This document shows positions 8,901 to 16,763 of a DNA stretch of 64,000 nt, in pieces. The notes beneath the pieces are model-generated. The model did no database searches, had not been told where the DNA came from, and saw only the letters and a program-made list of their open reading frames with translations. Location of the stretch: the NCBI GenBank assembly GCA_035623825.1, contig DASPSR010000020.1:81978-145977 (forward strand). Direction: 5' to 3'. Every line of letters starts with the position of its first letter. Positions within the stretch are counted from its first letter, which is position 1. The position numbers and the translations under genes were made by a program. This DNA is from Nitrospirota bacterium. Lineage in GTDB: Bacteria; Nitrospirota; UBA9217.

Positions 8901-9830
8901 ATGAAGACGGCCACCTTAACCACATATCGAAGGATCACCCAGGTGCTCTTTATCCTGTTTATCTTCCTCATGCCCGTATTGAACATATTCCGGTATGACA
9001 CGACAACCCATGAGCTGATCCTATTCGGAAACGTCTGGGGTCTCGGCCTTCGAGAGGGCTTCTCTTCCGACCATAGCATGGCCGGCTCGCTCCACATCCT
9101 GGTCCAATTTTTCTTAAAGGCGATCCTTCCCTGGCTCTTCATCCTGGCGATCTTTCCCCTTCTCGGCTATTTCACGGGAAGGTTCTTCTGCGGTTGGCTC
9201 TGTCCTGAAGGTGCTCTGTTCGAACTGTCCGATTTCCTGACCCTCAAGCTCCTCAACAGAAGAAGCCCGTACGGAAGGAGACCGAACGACCCGGAGGTGA
9301 CTTGCACGAACAAGATAGGATACGGGTTGATTGCGCTCGCATGCGCAACGGTCATCCCTGTCCTCGGAGGTGTGGCACTCACCGGTTATTTCGTTGCCTC
9401 GAAGACCATCTGGCACCAGATCTCGACCTGGAGCTTCACCTTCGGCGTCAAGGCAGGCATCATCGGCGTTTCTATCTACATGCTCATCACTTCGATATTC
9501 GTTCGACACGTCCTGTGCCGATTTGTCTGCGCCGCCGGACTTATGCAGATGCTGTTAGGCTGGATCAGCCCCGTCTCGCTCCGGCTCAGGATGGACGCGG
9601 CCCGGATATCAGCCTGCACTGACTGCAAGGGCTGCGACAAGGCGTGCTTCATGAATGTTACCCCGAGAAAGAACAAGCGGGACATCTCGTGCGTGAACTG
9701 CGGGGCGTGCATCGAAGCGTGCAACAGAGAACTCGGCGAAGGAAAAGGTCTGTTCCATTTTGAATTTGGCGACGGATATGCTTCACCTCACAAAAAAACC
9801 GCGGGGATATTTCAACCGAAGAACACTTAA
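8901..9830 (+). CDS. Membrane-bound 4Fe-4S ferredoxin (NapH/CcoG-like)
   Basis: GRFFCGWLCPEG, CRFVC, CTDCKGCDKAC, CVNCGACIEAC plus TM helices; start 8901 chosen from promoter position (track gives 8883). Confidence 0.85.
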   Translation: MKTATLTTYRRITQVLFILFIFLMPVLNIFRYDTTTHELILFGNVWGLGLREGFSSDHSMAGSLHILVQFFLKAILPWLFILAIFPLLGYFTGRFFCGWLCPEGALFELSDFLTLKLLNRRSPYGRRPNDPEVTCTNKIGYGLIALACATVIPVLGGVALTGYFVASKTIWHQISTWSFTFGVKAGIIGVSIYMLITSIFVRHVLCRFVCAAGLMQMLLGWISPVSLRLRMDAARISACTDCKGCDKACFMNVTPRKNKRDISCVNCGACIEACNRELGEGKGLFHFEFGDGYASPHKKTAGIFQPKNT

Positions 9831-10109
9831 GACCGTGACAGAATTCTCGTCAAGTTCCAAAAACCATTTCCAATCAGACCCTATCGAACCTTTCTTGGAC
9901 TCTGTGGGTAAAACGGTATCCCACTCCATGGAAACCATTTACTGCCTTGTTATGTCAAAAAACTTCTAAATTCGTGCTACAATTACTCCATACGCATTTC
10001 TCTGATCGAAATTCTTCATCATAATTCGCATGTTAGCTGCATGTTCGTGTCGACAAAATGCGTTTTTTTGCAACTCTCGTCATCCTGCATCAGGAGAAGG
10101 TAAAACCGC

Positions 10110-10137
10110 TTGACAATCACCTGATATATGGTAAATT
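10110..10137 (+). promoter_or_regulatory. Sigma70-type promoter for prx-rrf2-cco
   Basis: TTGACA-16 nt-TAAATT with TG extension. Confidence 0.55.
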
Positions 10138-10180
10138 AAGGTCTTAAATATCCTATATAGTAACGAAGGAGGACAACATC

Positions 10181-10792
10181 ATGTCTAGTGAATGCTGTGG
10201 TATTCGGGTCGGCCAGACGGTGCCGGATTTCAAGCTTGAGACCTATGATCCCTCGAAGGGCGATTTCAGCGAGATCAGCCTCGCCGCGCAGAAAGCGGCA
10301 AAAAAATGGACGGTTCTTTTCTTCTACCCTGCCGATTTCACTTTTGTTTGAGCGACGGAATTTGCTGCTCTGGCGGAGCAGTATGAAGCATTCAAAAAAG
10401 CCGGTGCCGAGGTGATTACTGTAAGCACCGATACCAAATTCGTCCACCTCGCATGGCAACGTGACGAGAAAATGCTCGAAAAAGTCAAATATCCCATGGG
10501 CTCTGATACTACCGGCAAACTGTCGCGATCATTCGGCGTCTATGATGAGGAGACAGGTCTTGCGCTGAGAGGGACGTTCATCATAAACCCTGATGGTGTT
10601 CTGCGCAACTCAGAAGTTAATTATTACAATCTCGGCAGGAACATCGAAGAAATGTTGCGGAAGGTCAACGCGAACATTCACCTCGCAGCAAACCCCGTTG
10701 AAGCTTGCCCAGCCCAGTGGAAGAAGGAAGGTGACAAGACACTGAAACCCTCCGCTAAAATGGTCGGCAAGGTGTATGAGGCGTTGAAGTAA
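10181..10792 (+). CDS. prxU: Selenocysteine-containing peroxiredoxin (AhpC/Prx1 type), 203 aa, Sec at codon 57 (TGA 10349-10351)
   Basis: AGGAGG SD and ATG 10181; FFYPADFTFV-TGA-ATE aligns with FYPxDFTFVCPTE; frame continues into track ORF 10412..10792 with resolving ACPAQW. Confidence 0.93.
10352..10383 (+). promoter_or_regulatory. Bacterial SECIS hairpin
   Basis: Stem TGCTGCTC (10363-10370)/GAGCAGTA (10376-10383), G-containing loop TGGCG starting about 20 nt after the UGA. Confidence 0.75.
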
Positions 10793-10796
10793 AAGT

Positions 10797-11216
10797 ATGC
10801 TGGTGACCAGAGAAACGGATTACGCAGTGCGCACGGTTCTTTACCTGGCGCGCGACGGCAGCCGCTTGGCCAGCGTTACAGAAATCGCTCATGCCATGCA
10901 CATCCCCAAGAGCTTTCTCGCCAAACTGCTCCAACGGCTCGTACGAAGCCACATCCTGACGTCCATGCGCGGCGTTAACGGCGGCTTTCAACTGGCCCAA
11001 AAGCCGTCCGAAATCACACTCCTGTCCATCATGGAGGCCGTTCAGGGGCCCGCCGGGATCAATGTTTGTGCCATCGATAGCAAGCTGTGCAAACTAAGTT
11101 CGACCTGCTCTGTCCATCCTGTCTGGGTTGAAATCCGAAAGGAGGTGGAAAGACGCCTCAAGAGGGCAACGATTGCTAACCTATTGGCAGATAGAAATTA
11201 TTTAAAGAAAAAATAG
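10797..11216 (+). CDS. Rrf2-family transcriptional regulator with three Cys (Fe-S type)
   Basis: TRETDYAVR, RGVNGGFQL, C-X6-C-X5-C. Confidence 0.92.
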   Translation: MLVTRETDYAVRTVLYLARDGSRLASVTEIAHAMHIPKSFLAKLLQRLVRSHILTSMRGVNGGFQLAQKPSEITLLSIMEAVQGPAGINVCAIDSKLCKLSSTCSVHPVWVEIRKEVERRLKRATIANLLADRNYLKKK

Positions 11217-11249
11217 GACTATGAATGTCATGAACAAGGAGGCAATAGT

Positions 11250-12650
11250 ATGAGCGATTATCAATACGATAATCAGACGGTAAAAGGTTTTATCGTCTCC
11301 TCGATCTTCTGGGGAGTTGTCGGGATCGTGATCGGGCTCTGGATCTCGGTACAGATGTGGATGCCGTCGCTGAACTTCCCGCCCTATTTTACCTTCGGAC
11401 GGCTCAGAGTGGTGCATACGAACGGGCTCGCCTTCGGGCTCGGGATCGGCGCGATATTCGGGATTTCCTACTATATCATAATGCGGCTCACGAAGCGACC
11501 TCTCCTCTTCCCGAAACTCGCACGGTTCCACCTCTGGTTCTTCAACGTCGCCATCCTGCTCGCGGCGCTCAGCCTCCTTGCAGGCATGAACCAGTCGAAT
11601 GAATACGCAGAGCTGGAATGGCCGCTTGACATCGCCGTCGTCATCCTCTGGGTCATCTTTGCCGTCAACGTCTTCGGCACGATCATCAAGCGAAAAGAAG
11701 AGCAAATGTACATTTCTCTGTGGTATATCCTCGCGACGACTGTCGCCGTCGCCGTTCTGTATATCGTGAACAATCTCTCGATCCCCGCGGGCTGGAATAA
11801 ATCCTACCATCTCTTTGCGGGCGTCAACAGCGCCAATGTAGAGTGGTGGTACGGACACAATGCGGTAGGATTCATTTTTACGACGCCGATTCTCGCAATG
11901 TTCTATTATTTCCTGCCGAAGTCCACGGGCCTGCCGATTTACAGCCACCGCCTTTCCATCATAGCTTTCTGGTCGCTCGTGTTTGCCTATCTCTGGACAG
12001 GAGCGCACCACTTGGTCTATACGCCTCTGCCCGACTGGATCCAAACCCTCGGGATCGCCTTTACCATCTTCCTGATCGCTCCGTCCTGGGGCTCGGTAGT
12101 GAACGGTTACTATACGGTCGGTAATGACTGGTCGAAGATGCAGACGAACTACCTTACCAAGTTCTTCATCCTCGGTATCACCTTCTATGGCCTGCAAACG
12201 GTCCAGGGTCCGACACAGGGACTGCGTGTCGTCAGCCAGTTGATCCACTTCACCGACTGGGTCCCCGGCCATGTGCACATGGGCACCATGGGATGGGTGA
12301 CCATGACCGCTGCCGCATCGATGTACTACATCATCCCGAAGATCTACAACACGTCGATCTACAGCGAGAAGATCGCGAACATCCATTTCTGGCTCGTGCT
12401 GATCGGGCAGCTCATATTCTCGATCACCATGTGGATCACGGGGATCATGCAGGGTGCCCTCTGGAAAGCGACGAACCCCGATGGAAGCCTTAAGTATACG
12501 TTCGTAGAGGTAGTAGCGAAGAACTATCCATTCTGGAAAATGAGAACGCTCGGGGGCGTGATCTTCACGGTCGGCATGCTCTTTTTTATCTACAATATCT
12601 ATATGACCATGCGCAAAGGCAAGCTTGAGCTTGCCGAAGCGAAGGCATAG
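11250..12650 (+). CDS. ccoN: cbb3-type cytochrome c oxidase subunit I
   Basis: FGRLRVVHTN, EYAELEW, WWYGHNAVGF, WTGAHHL, WVPGHVHMG. Confidence 0.96.
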   Translation: MSDYQYDNQTVKGFIVSSIFWGVVGIVIGLWISVQMWMPSLNFPPYFTFGRLRVVHTNGLAFGLGIGAIFGISYYIIMRLTKRPLLFPKLARFHLWFFNVAILLAALSLLAGMNQSNEYAELEWPLDIAVVILWVIFAVNVFGTIIKRKEEQMYISLWYILATTVAVAVLYIVNNLSIPAGWNKSYHLFAGVNSANVEWWYGHNAVGFIFTTPILAMFYYFLPKSTGLPIYSHRLSIIAFWSLVFAYLWTGAHHLVYTPLPDWIQTLGIAFTIFLIAPSWGSVVNGYYTVGNDWSKMQTNYLTKFFILGITFYGLQTVQGPTQGLRVVSQLIHFTDWVPGHVHMGTMGWVTMTAAASMYYIIPKIYNTSIYSEKIANIHFWLVLIGQLIFSITMWITGIMQGALWKATNPDGSLKYTFVEVVAKNYPFWKMRTLGGVIFTVGMLFFIYNIYMTMRKGKLELAEAKA

Positions 12651-12661
12651 GGGGTGATAAC

Positions 12662-13246
12662 ATGGCAGATGCTCTCTATAAGAAACCGATATTGTTCGCT
12701 ATCGTCGCGGCAGTCGTCATCCTGATCGGGACCGCTGTGACCATGTTCATTCCGATGCTGACGCCGGAAATGCATCCGAAACTGGCGAACCTCAAGCCCT
12801 ACACAGCGCTCCAGCTCGCCGGCAAGGACATCTACCAGCGGGAAGGCTGCAATAACTGCCACACCCAGACGGTGCGACCTCTGAAGACCGAGGTCATGCG
12901 GTATGGCGAATACTCGAAAGCGGGGGAATTCGCCTACGACCGGCCTTTCCTCTGGGGTTCAAAGCGCACCGGTCCCGACCTGGCACGCATCGGCGGGAAA
13001 TATCCCGATCAGTGGCACGAGATACACTTCGATAATCCGCAGGCCATGTACGCGGAGTCCAACATGCCCGCCTACGGTTGGTTGAAGCAAAACAAGCTCG
13101 ATCCATCGGACATCGAAGCCCACATGAAGGCAAATGATTTCCCGTACACGCGCGATGAACTCGCACAGCTCAAGGACAAGACTGAGCTTGATGCGCTGAT
13201 CGCGTACCTCCAGGTAATCGGCACGGCAGTCACCAAGGCGAAATGA
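12662..13246 (+). CDS. ccoO: cbb3-type cytochrome c oxidase subunit II
   Basis: REGCNNCHTQ, WGSKRTGPDLARIGGKY, SNMPAY. Confidence 0.96.
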   Translation: MADALYKKPILFAIVAAVVILIGTAVTMFIPMLTPEMHPKLANLKPYTALQLAGKDIYQREGCNNCHTQTVRPLKTEVMRYGEYSKAGEFAYDRPFLWGSKRTGPDLARIGGKYPDQWHEIHFDNPQAMYAESNMPAYGWLKQNKLDPSDIEAHMKANDFPYTRDELAQLKDKTELDALIAYLQVIGTAVTKAK

Positions 13247-13266
13247 CAGAGAGGAGGAATATTAAA

Positions 13267-13458
13267 ATGGCGGAACAATCGGACAACGATAATATCGAGG
13301 CATTCGAATCAAAAGAGACGGGACGTCGCATTCCCCTCGGATGGCAGCTGTTGTTCTGGGGCCTGATCCTCTGGGGCATTTACTACGTCGCCGCGCATAC
13401 GCCGGCCATTAGCGGATGGTCACAGGAGCGCGCGTACACGGAATCATTGAAGCCGTAA
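13267..13458 (+). CDS. CcoP/FixP N-terminal domain-only protein (no heme motif)
   Basis: IPLGWQLLFWGLILWGIYY resembles the FixP_N helix; AGGAGG SD; follows ccoO. Confidence 0.75.
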   Translation: MAEQSDNDNIEAFESKETGRRIPLGWQLLFWGLILWGIYYVAAHTPAISGWSQERAYTESLKP

Positions 13459-13547
13459 CCCCCCTGGAGCCGGAGGATTTCAGTCGCTATGGCGCGGCCC
13501 CGGCTCCGCTTTCACCCCTTGCAACAAAAAAATCAGGGAGGTGTTTT

Positions 13548-13649
13548 ATGGATATATCTGTTGCTGCAACAATCGGTTTTACCACAACTGCGGTGATCGG
13601 CATCATTGTGCTCTACTTTTCCGTCAGAAAAAGAAAAAACAGCAGGTAG
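13548..13649 (+). CDS. 33-aa single-TM microprotein in the cco operon
   Basis: GGGAGG SD; MDISVAATIGFTTTAVIGIIVLYFSVRKRKNSR. Confidence 0.65.
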   Translation: MDISVAATIGFTTTAVIGIIVLYFSVRKRKNSR

Positions 13650-13802
13650 TCAGTTCCGAGCGAATTGCAAAGATTGGAAGTAAGCATCGCTGAGGCCAAA
13701 AGGCATCAAGGATAGCCTTTCAAAACCCCTATGAGCCTTGCGAGAAAGCTTCCTGGTGCTGACGCTTGACCGGACCAATTTGGAGAAAGTTGAGGCAATC
13801 TC

Positions 13803-13946
13803 ATGGAAAAGCAAGCATGGGCATATATCGTGTTCGGGCTCGTCCTGGTAGTGCTCTTCGTGATCATTATCGTGCATTATTATTCCAGGAAGCGGCACAA
13901 AAAGGTTGAAGAAATAAAGTATAAAATGCTGGATGACGATGAGTAA
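13803..13946 (+). CDS. ccoQ: CcoQ-like small subunit (47 aa); absent from ORF track
   Basis: MEKQAWAYIVFGLVLVVLFVIIIVHYYSRKRHKKVEEIKYKMLDDDE: one TM, basic patch, acidic tail; overlaps ccoG start. Confidence 0.75.
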   Translation: MEKQAWAYIVFGLVLVVLFVIIIVHYYSRKRHKKVEEIKYKMLDDDE

Positions 13947-15153
13947 GAAGTTCCACAGACTCAGGCGATTTTCCGGAGCAGTTCTTCTCTTGTTTCTTAT
14001 CGGTGTCCCCTTTCTGCGGATGCACGGAGAGAGCGCCTTTCGGTTCGATATCCCGTCACTCCGGCTTTTATTCTTCGGAACCAATATATGGCTGGCCGAC
14101 TTTTTCATCATCCTGGTCGCCGTCATCTTCCTGACCTTCCTGATCATTTTCACAACGACCGTCTTCGGGAGACTGTGGTGCGGCTGGCTGTGTCCGCAGA
14201 CCGTTCTGGTCGATACTACAACTTTCGTGGCAGCGGCCTGGGAACGGGGGCATGCCGCCAGAGCCGTCGCCGCTTCTGCGGGTCTCACGGTGAGCGCGGT
14301 CATTGCCGCAAGCCTGATCGGATATTTTGTATCGCCCTATGATATTCCATCTCTGCTCCGGACCGGCGGCACACCCGCGAAGATAGTACTAGGCTCCTGG
14401 CTTGCGCTTTCAGTGATCATGTTTCTTGATCTGATCGCGCTACGGAGAGGTTTTTGCGCAACGGTCTGCCCCTATGCGAAACTTCAGAGCGTTCTGTTCG
14501 ACGATAGGACGCTCGTAGTCGCATTCGATTCCCGTCGAGCTGACGAGTGCATGCAGTGCAATGCCTGCGTGCAGGCCTGCCCCGTCGGAATCGACGTCAG
14601 GAGAGGCTCTCAAATGGCCTGTATCCACTGTGCCGAGTGTGTGGACGCCTGCACGGAGCGGATGGCCCGGCGTGACCGGAAATCGCTTGTCCAGTACAGC
14701 TTCGGACTTCCTGGTCAACGGGGCGTCGGCGTACGCGTGAACCCTCTGATGACCGGCGTCATCACCGCGATTTCACTTGTGCTTCTTGTTTATCTTTCCT
14801 TGTCGCGAATGCCCTTCGATGTGAGCGTTCGTCTGAACTATGCCGATGCGCCAGGGATGCGGTCAAACGGAAGCGTCACAAATTCATACATCCTATCGCT
14901 CAGGAACATGGGGACGTCCGATCTTGAAATCGATGTGAGTGCAGCCGCTTCGGCAGGGTCGGTCCTGGTGTCCCCTGACGTCGTGTTGCTCAAAAGAGGT
15001 ACGGACATCACGAGAGTGCCGGTCTCGGTGACCCTGAACGGCGCATCAGGCGAAGAAAAGCATCCCTTGATGATCACTCTGACCGTCGGATCGAAACAGG
15101 TCAATAAGAAAATCACGAAAATTGTGTACTTCATGATGCCGAACAAAAATTAA
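13939..15153 (+). CDS. ccoG: CcoG/FixG/RdxA 4Fe-4S accessory protein
   Basis: GRLWCGWLCPQT, FCATVCPYAKLQS, CMQCNACVQACP, CIHCAECVDAC, C-terminal Ig-like domain. Confidence 0.9.
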   Translation: MSKKFHRLRRFSGAVLLLFLIGVPFLRMHGESAFRFDIPSLRLLFFGTNIWLADFFIILVAVIFLTFLIIFTTTVFGRLWCGWLCPQTVLVDTTTFVAAAWERGHAARAVAASAGLTVSAVIAASLIGYFVSPYDIPSLLRTGGTPAKIVLGSWLALSVIMFLDLIALRRGFCATVCPYAKLQSVLFDDRTLVVAFDSRRADECMQCNACVQACPVGIDVRRGSQMACIHCAECVDACTERMARRDRKSLVQYSFGLPGQRGVGVRVNPLMTGVITAISLVLLVYLSLSRMPFDVSVRLNYADAPGMRSNGSVTNSYILSLRNMGTSDLEIDVSAAASAGSVLVSPDVVLLKRGTDITRVPVSVTLNGASGEEKHPLMITLTVGSKQVNKKITKIVYFMMPNKN

Positions 15154-15164
15154 AGGGCCAGAAC

Positions 15165-15620
15165 ATGCGCACCCTAATCATAGTGATCTGCGTCATAGCG
15201 CTTGCCGCGACAATCGCGGCGATCGTCGTCGGAAGTCGGAGTTTCGAGGGCCTCGTGGTAGATAAACCCTACGAAACGGGAATGGCGTGGGATGAAATGC
15301 GGCAGAAACGGGCAAGCCTCGGATGGACGGTTTCCGTGCAGGGAGCGCCTTTCAAAACCGGCAAAAATGAATTGATCGTAAAGATTCTCGATAAGAACGG
15401 TTCACTGCTTACGGATGCCACCGTCAGCGTAACGGTCAGCAGACCATCGACGCGCACATACGATAAAACCTATCAGGCCGTCCACGAGGCAGACGGCCGC
15501 TACCGTGCGTCCGTCGATCTTCTGCTCTACGGAAACTGGGACGTGACCATTGATGCCAGCCGCAATAATGACCGCTCCAGTTTTAAGGAAAAAATTTTTG
15601 CGGAACACGGCGGGAAATGA
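15165..15620 (+). CDS. FixH/CcoH-like protein
   Basis: N-terminal TM, GLVVDKPYETG, Ig-like DGRY..GNW; position between ccoG and ccoI. Confidence 0.75.
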   Translation: MRTLIIVICVIALAATIAAIVVGSRSFEGLVVDKPYETGMAWDEMRQKRASLGWTVSVQGAPFKTGKNELIVKILDKNGSLLTDATVSVTVSRPSTRTYDKTYQAVHEADGRYRASVDLLLYGNWDVTIDASRNNDRSSFKEKIFAEHGGK

Positions 15621-16084
15621 AGCGACCTCATGACCAGTTCGTCAATCTATTGATGTCCCTTGCCTGGGCTGTACTTCTGGCAGTGATTGGCGGGATTGGT
15701 GCGCCGCCCGATTCTGCCGCAGAGAACAGTACCACCTGCAATGTCCAAAACGGTTCCTGCCTCAAGGAAACAAGTGATGGAATGACGGTTGAATTTGATA
15801 TTCAGCCCAAGCCCGTTTTGTCTCTGTCCGAACTCGCGTTCAGCGCCATCCTCGCTCGAAGCGGAGCTCCCGTAACGGACGCGTCTGTCGTACTCGATCT
15901 CTCCATGCCTGGCATGTATATGGGAAAGAACCAGCCGAGCCTGAAGTTCGCAAAGAACGGACGATATGAATGGAAAGGGATCATCGCGAGGTGTCCCAGT
16001 GGAAGTAGGATTTGGCAGGCTGAACTGACGATAATACAGGGGGGTAAGACGACTAAGGTTGATTTTGTGTTCGAGGTAAAATGA
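15617..16084 (+). CDS. Exported YtkA/FixH-like protein with MPGMYMG motif
   Basis: Signal peptide, LSMPGMYMGKN, three Cys. Confidence 0.65.
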   Translation: MKRPHDQFVNLLMSLAWAVLLAVIGGIGAPPDSAAENSTTCNVQNGSCLKETSDGMTVEFDIQPKPVLSLSELAFSAILARSGAPVTDASVVLDLSMPGMYMGKNQPSLKFAKNGRYEWKGIIARCPSGSRIWQAELTIIQGGKTTKVDFVFEVK

Positions 16085-16085
16085 C

Positions 16086-16763
16086 GTGGAGACGGGATTT
16101 CTACTAGCGCTCACGACCGGCGTTCTGGGAGGCTTTGGCCATTGTATCGGCATGTGCGGCCCCCTCGTGGCGTCATATGCACTTGCGCGGGATGCGGAGC
16201 CTCGGCCGATCTTCATCCGGCTTGCCCCGCACCTGCTCTATAATCTGGGCCGCATGACCACCTACGGACTCATCGGCGCTATCATGGGGCTTTCGGGATC
16301 ATTCGTCAATGTCGCCGGCAGGCTTACCGGCGTCCAGAACGTCGTTGCCGTCGCTGCCGGCGTCATGATGGTCTTCATGGGACTGAGCATCGCCGGCGTA
16401 GGAGGCACGACGGCATGGATCGAGAAACATAATCTCCCTGTCCTCCGTGCGGCGCAGCAGGTCCTCGCCTCGTCTTCAATGCTTCGCTACTATCCGCTCG
16501 GTCTCCTCCTCGGGTTGCTCCCCTGCGGCCTGTCATACACAGTCTTCATTGCGTCCGCCGGGACCGGCGGCTTGGTTTCTGGAATGCTGACCGCCCTGCT
16601 GTTCGGACTCGGTACAGTGCCTGCACTCCTCGCCTTCGGGGCGGTCATGTCCTCTCTCCGGGCAGCCCTCCGTAACACGATCTACAGGACAAGCGGAGCG
16701 ATCGTCATGATCATGGGGATCTATTTTCTATTCAGAGGTCTAAAGCCCTATGCCAACCTGTGA
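16086..16763 (+). CDS. DsbD_2/TauE-like membrane protein (oxidase copper-handling accessory)
   Basis: GHCIGMCGP, YNLGR, GLLPCGLSY, FGLGTVP. Confidence 0.88.
   Translation: METGFLLALTTGVLGGFGHCIGMCGPLVASYALARDAEPRPIFIRLAPHLLYNLGRMTTYGLIGAIMGLSGSFVNVAGRLTGVQNVVAVAAGVMMVFMGLSIAGVGGTTAWIEKHNLPVLRAAQQVLASSSMLRYYPLGLLLGLLPCGLSYTVFIASAGTGGLVSGMLTALLFGLGTVPALLAFGAVMSSLRAALRNTIYRTSGAIVMIMGIYFLFRGLKPYANL

Noticed and set aside
10412-10792. 126-aa truncated peroxiredoxin or nonsense pseudogene
   Set aside because: The TGA sits at the catalytic Cys position with a SECIS-like hairpin; better explained as a Sec gene starting at 10181
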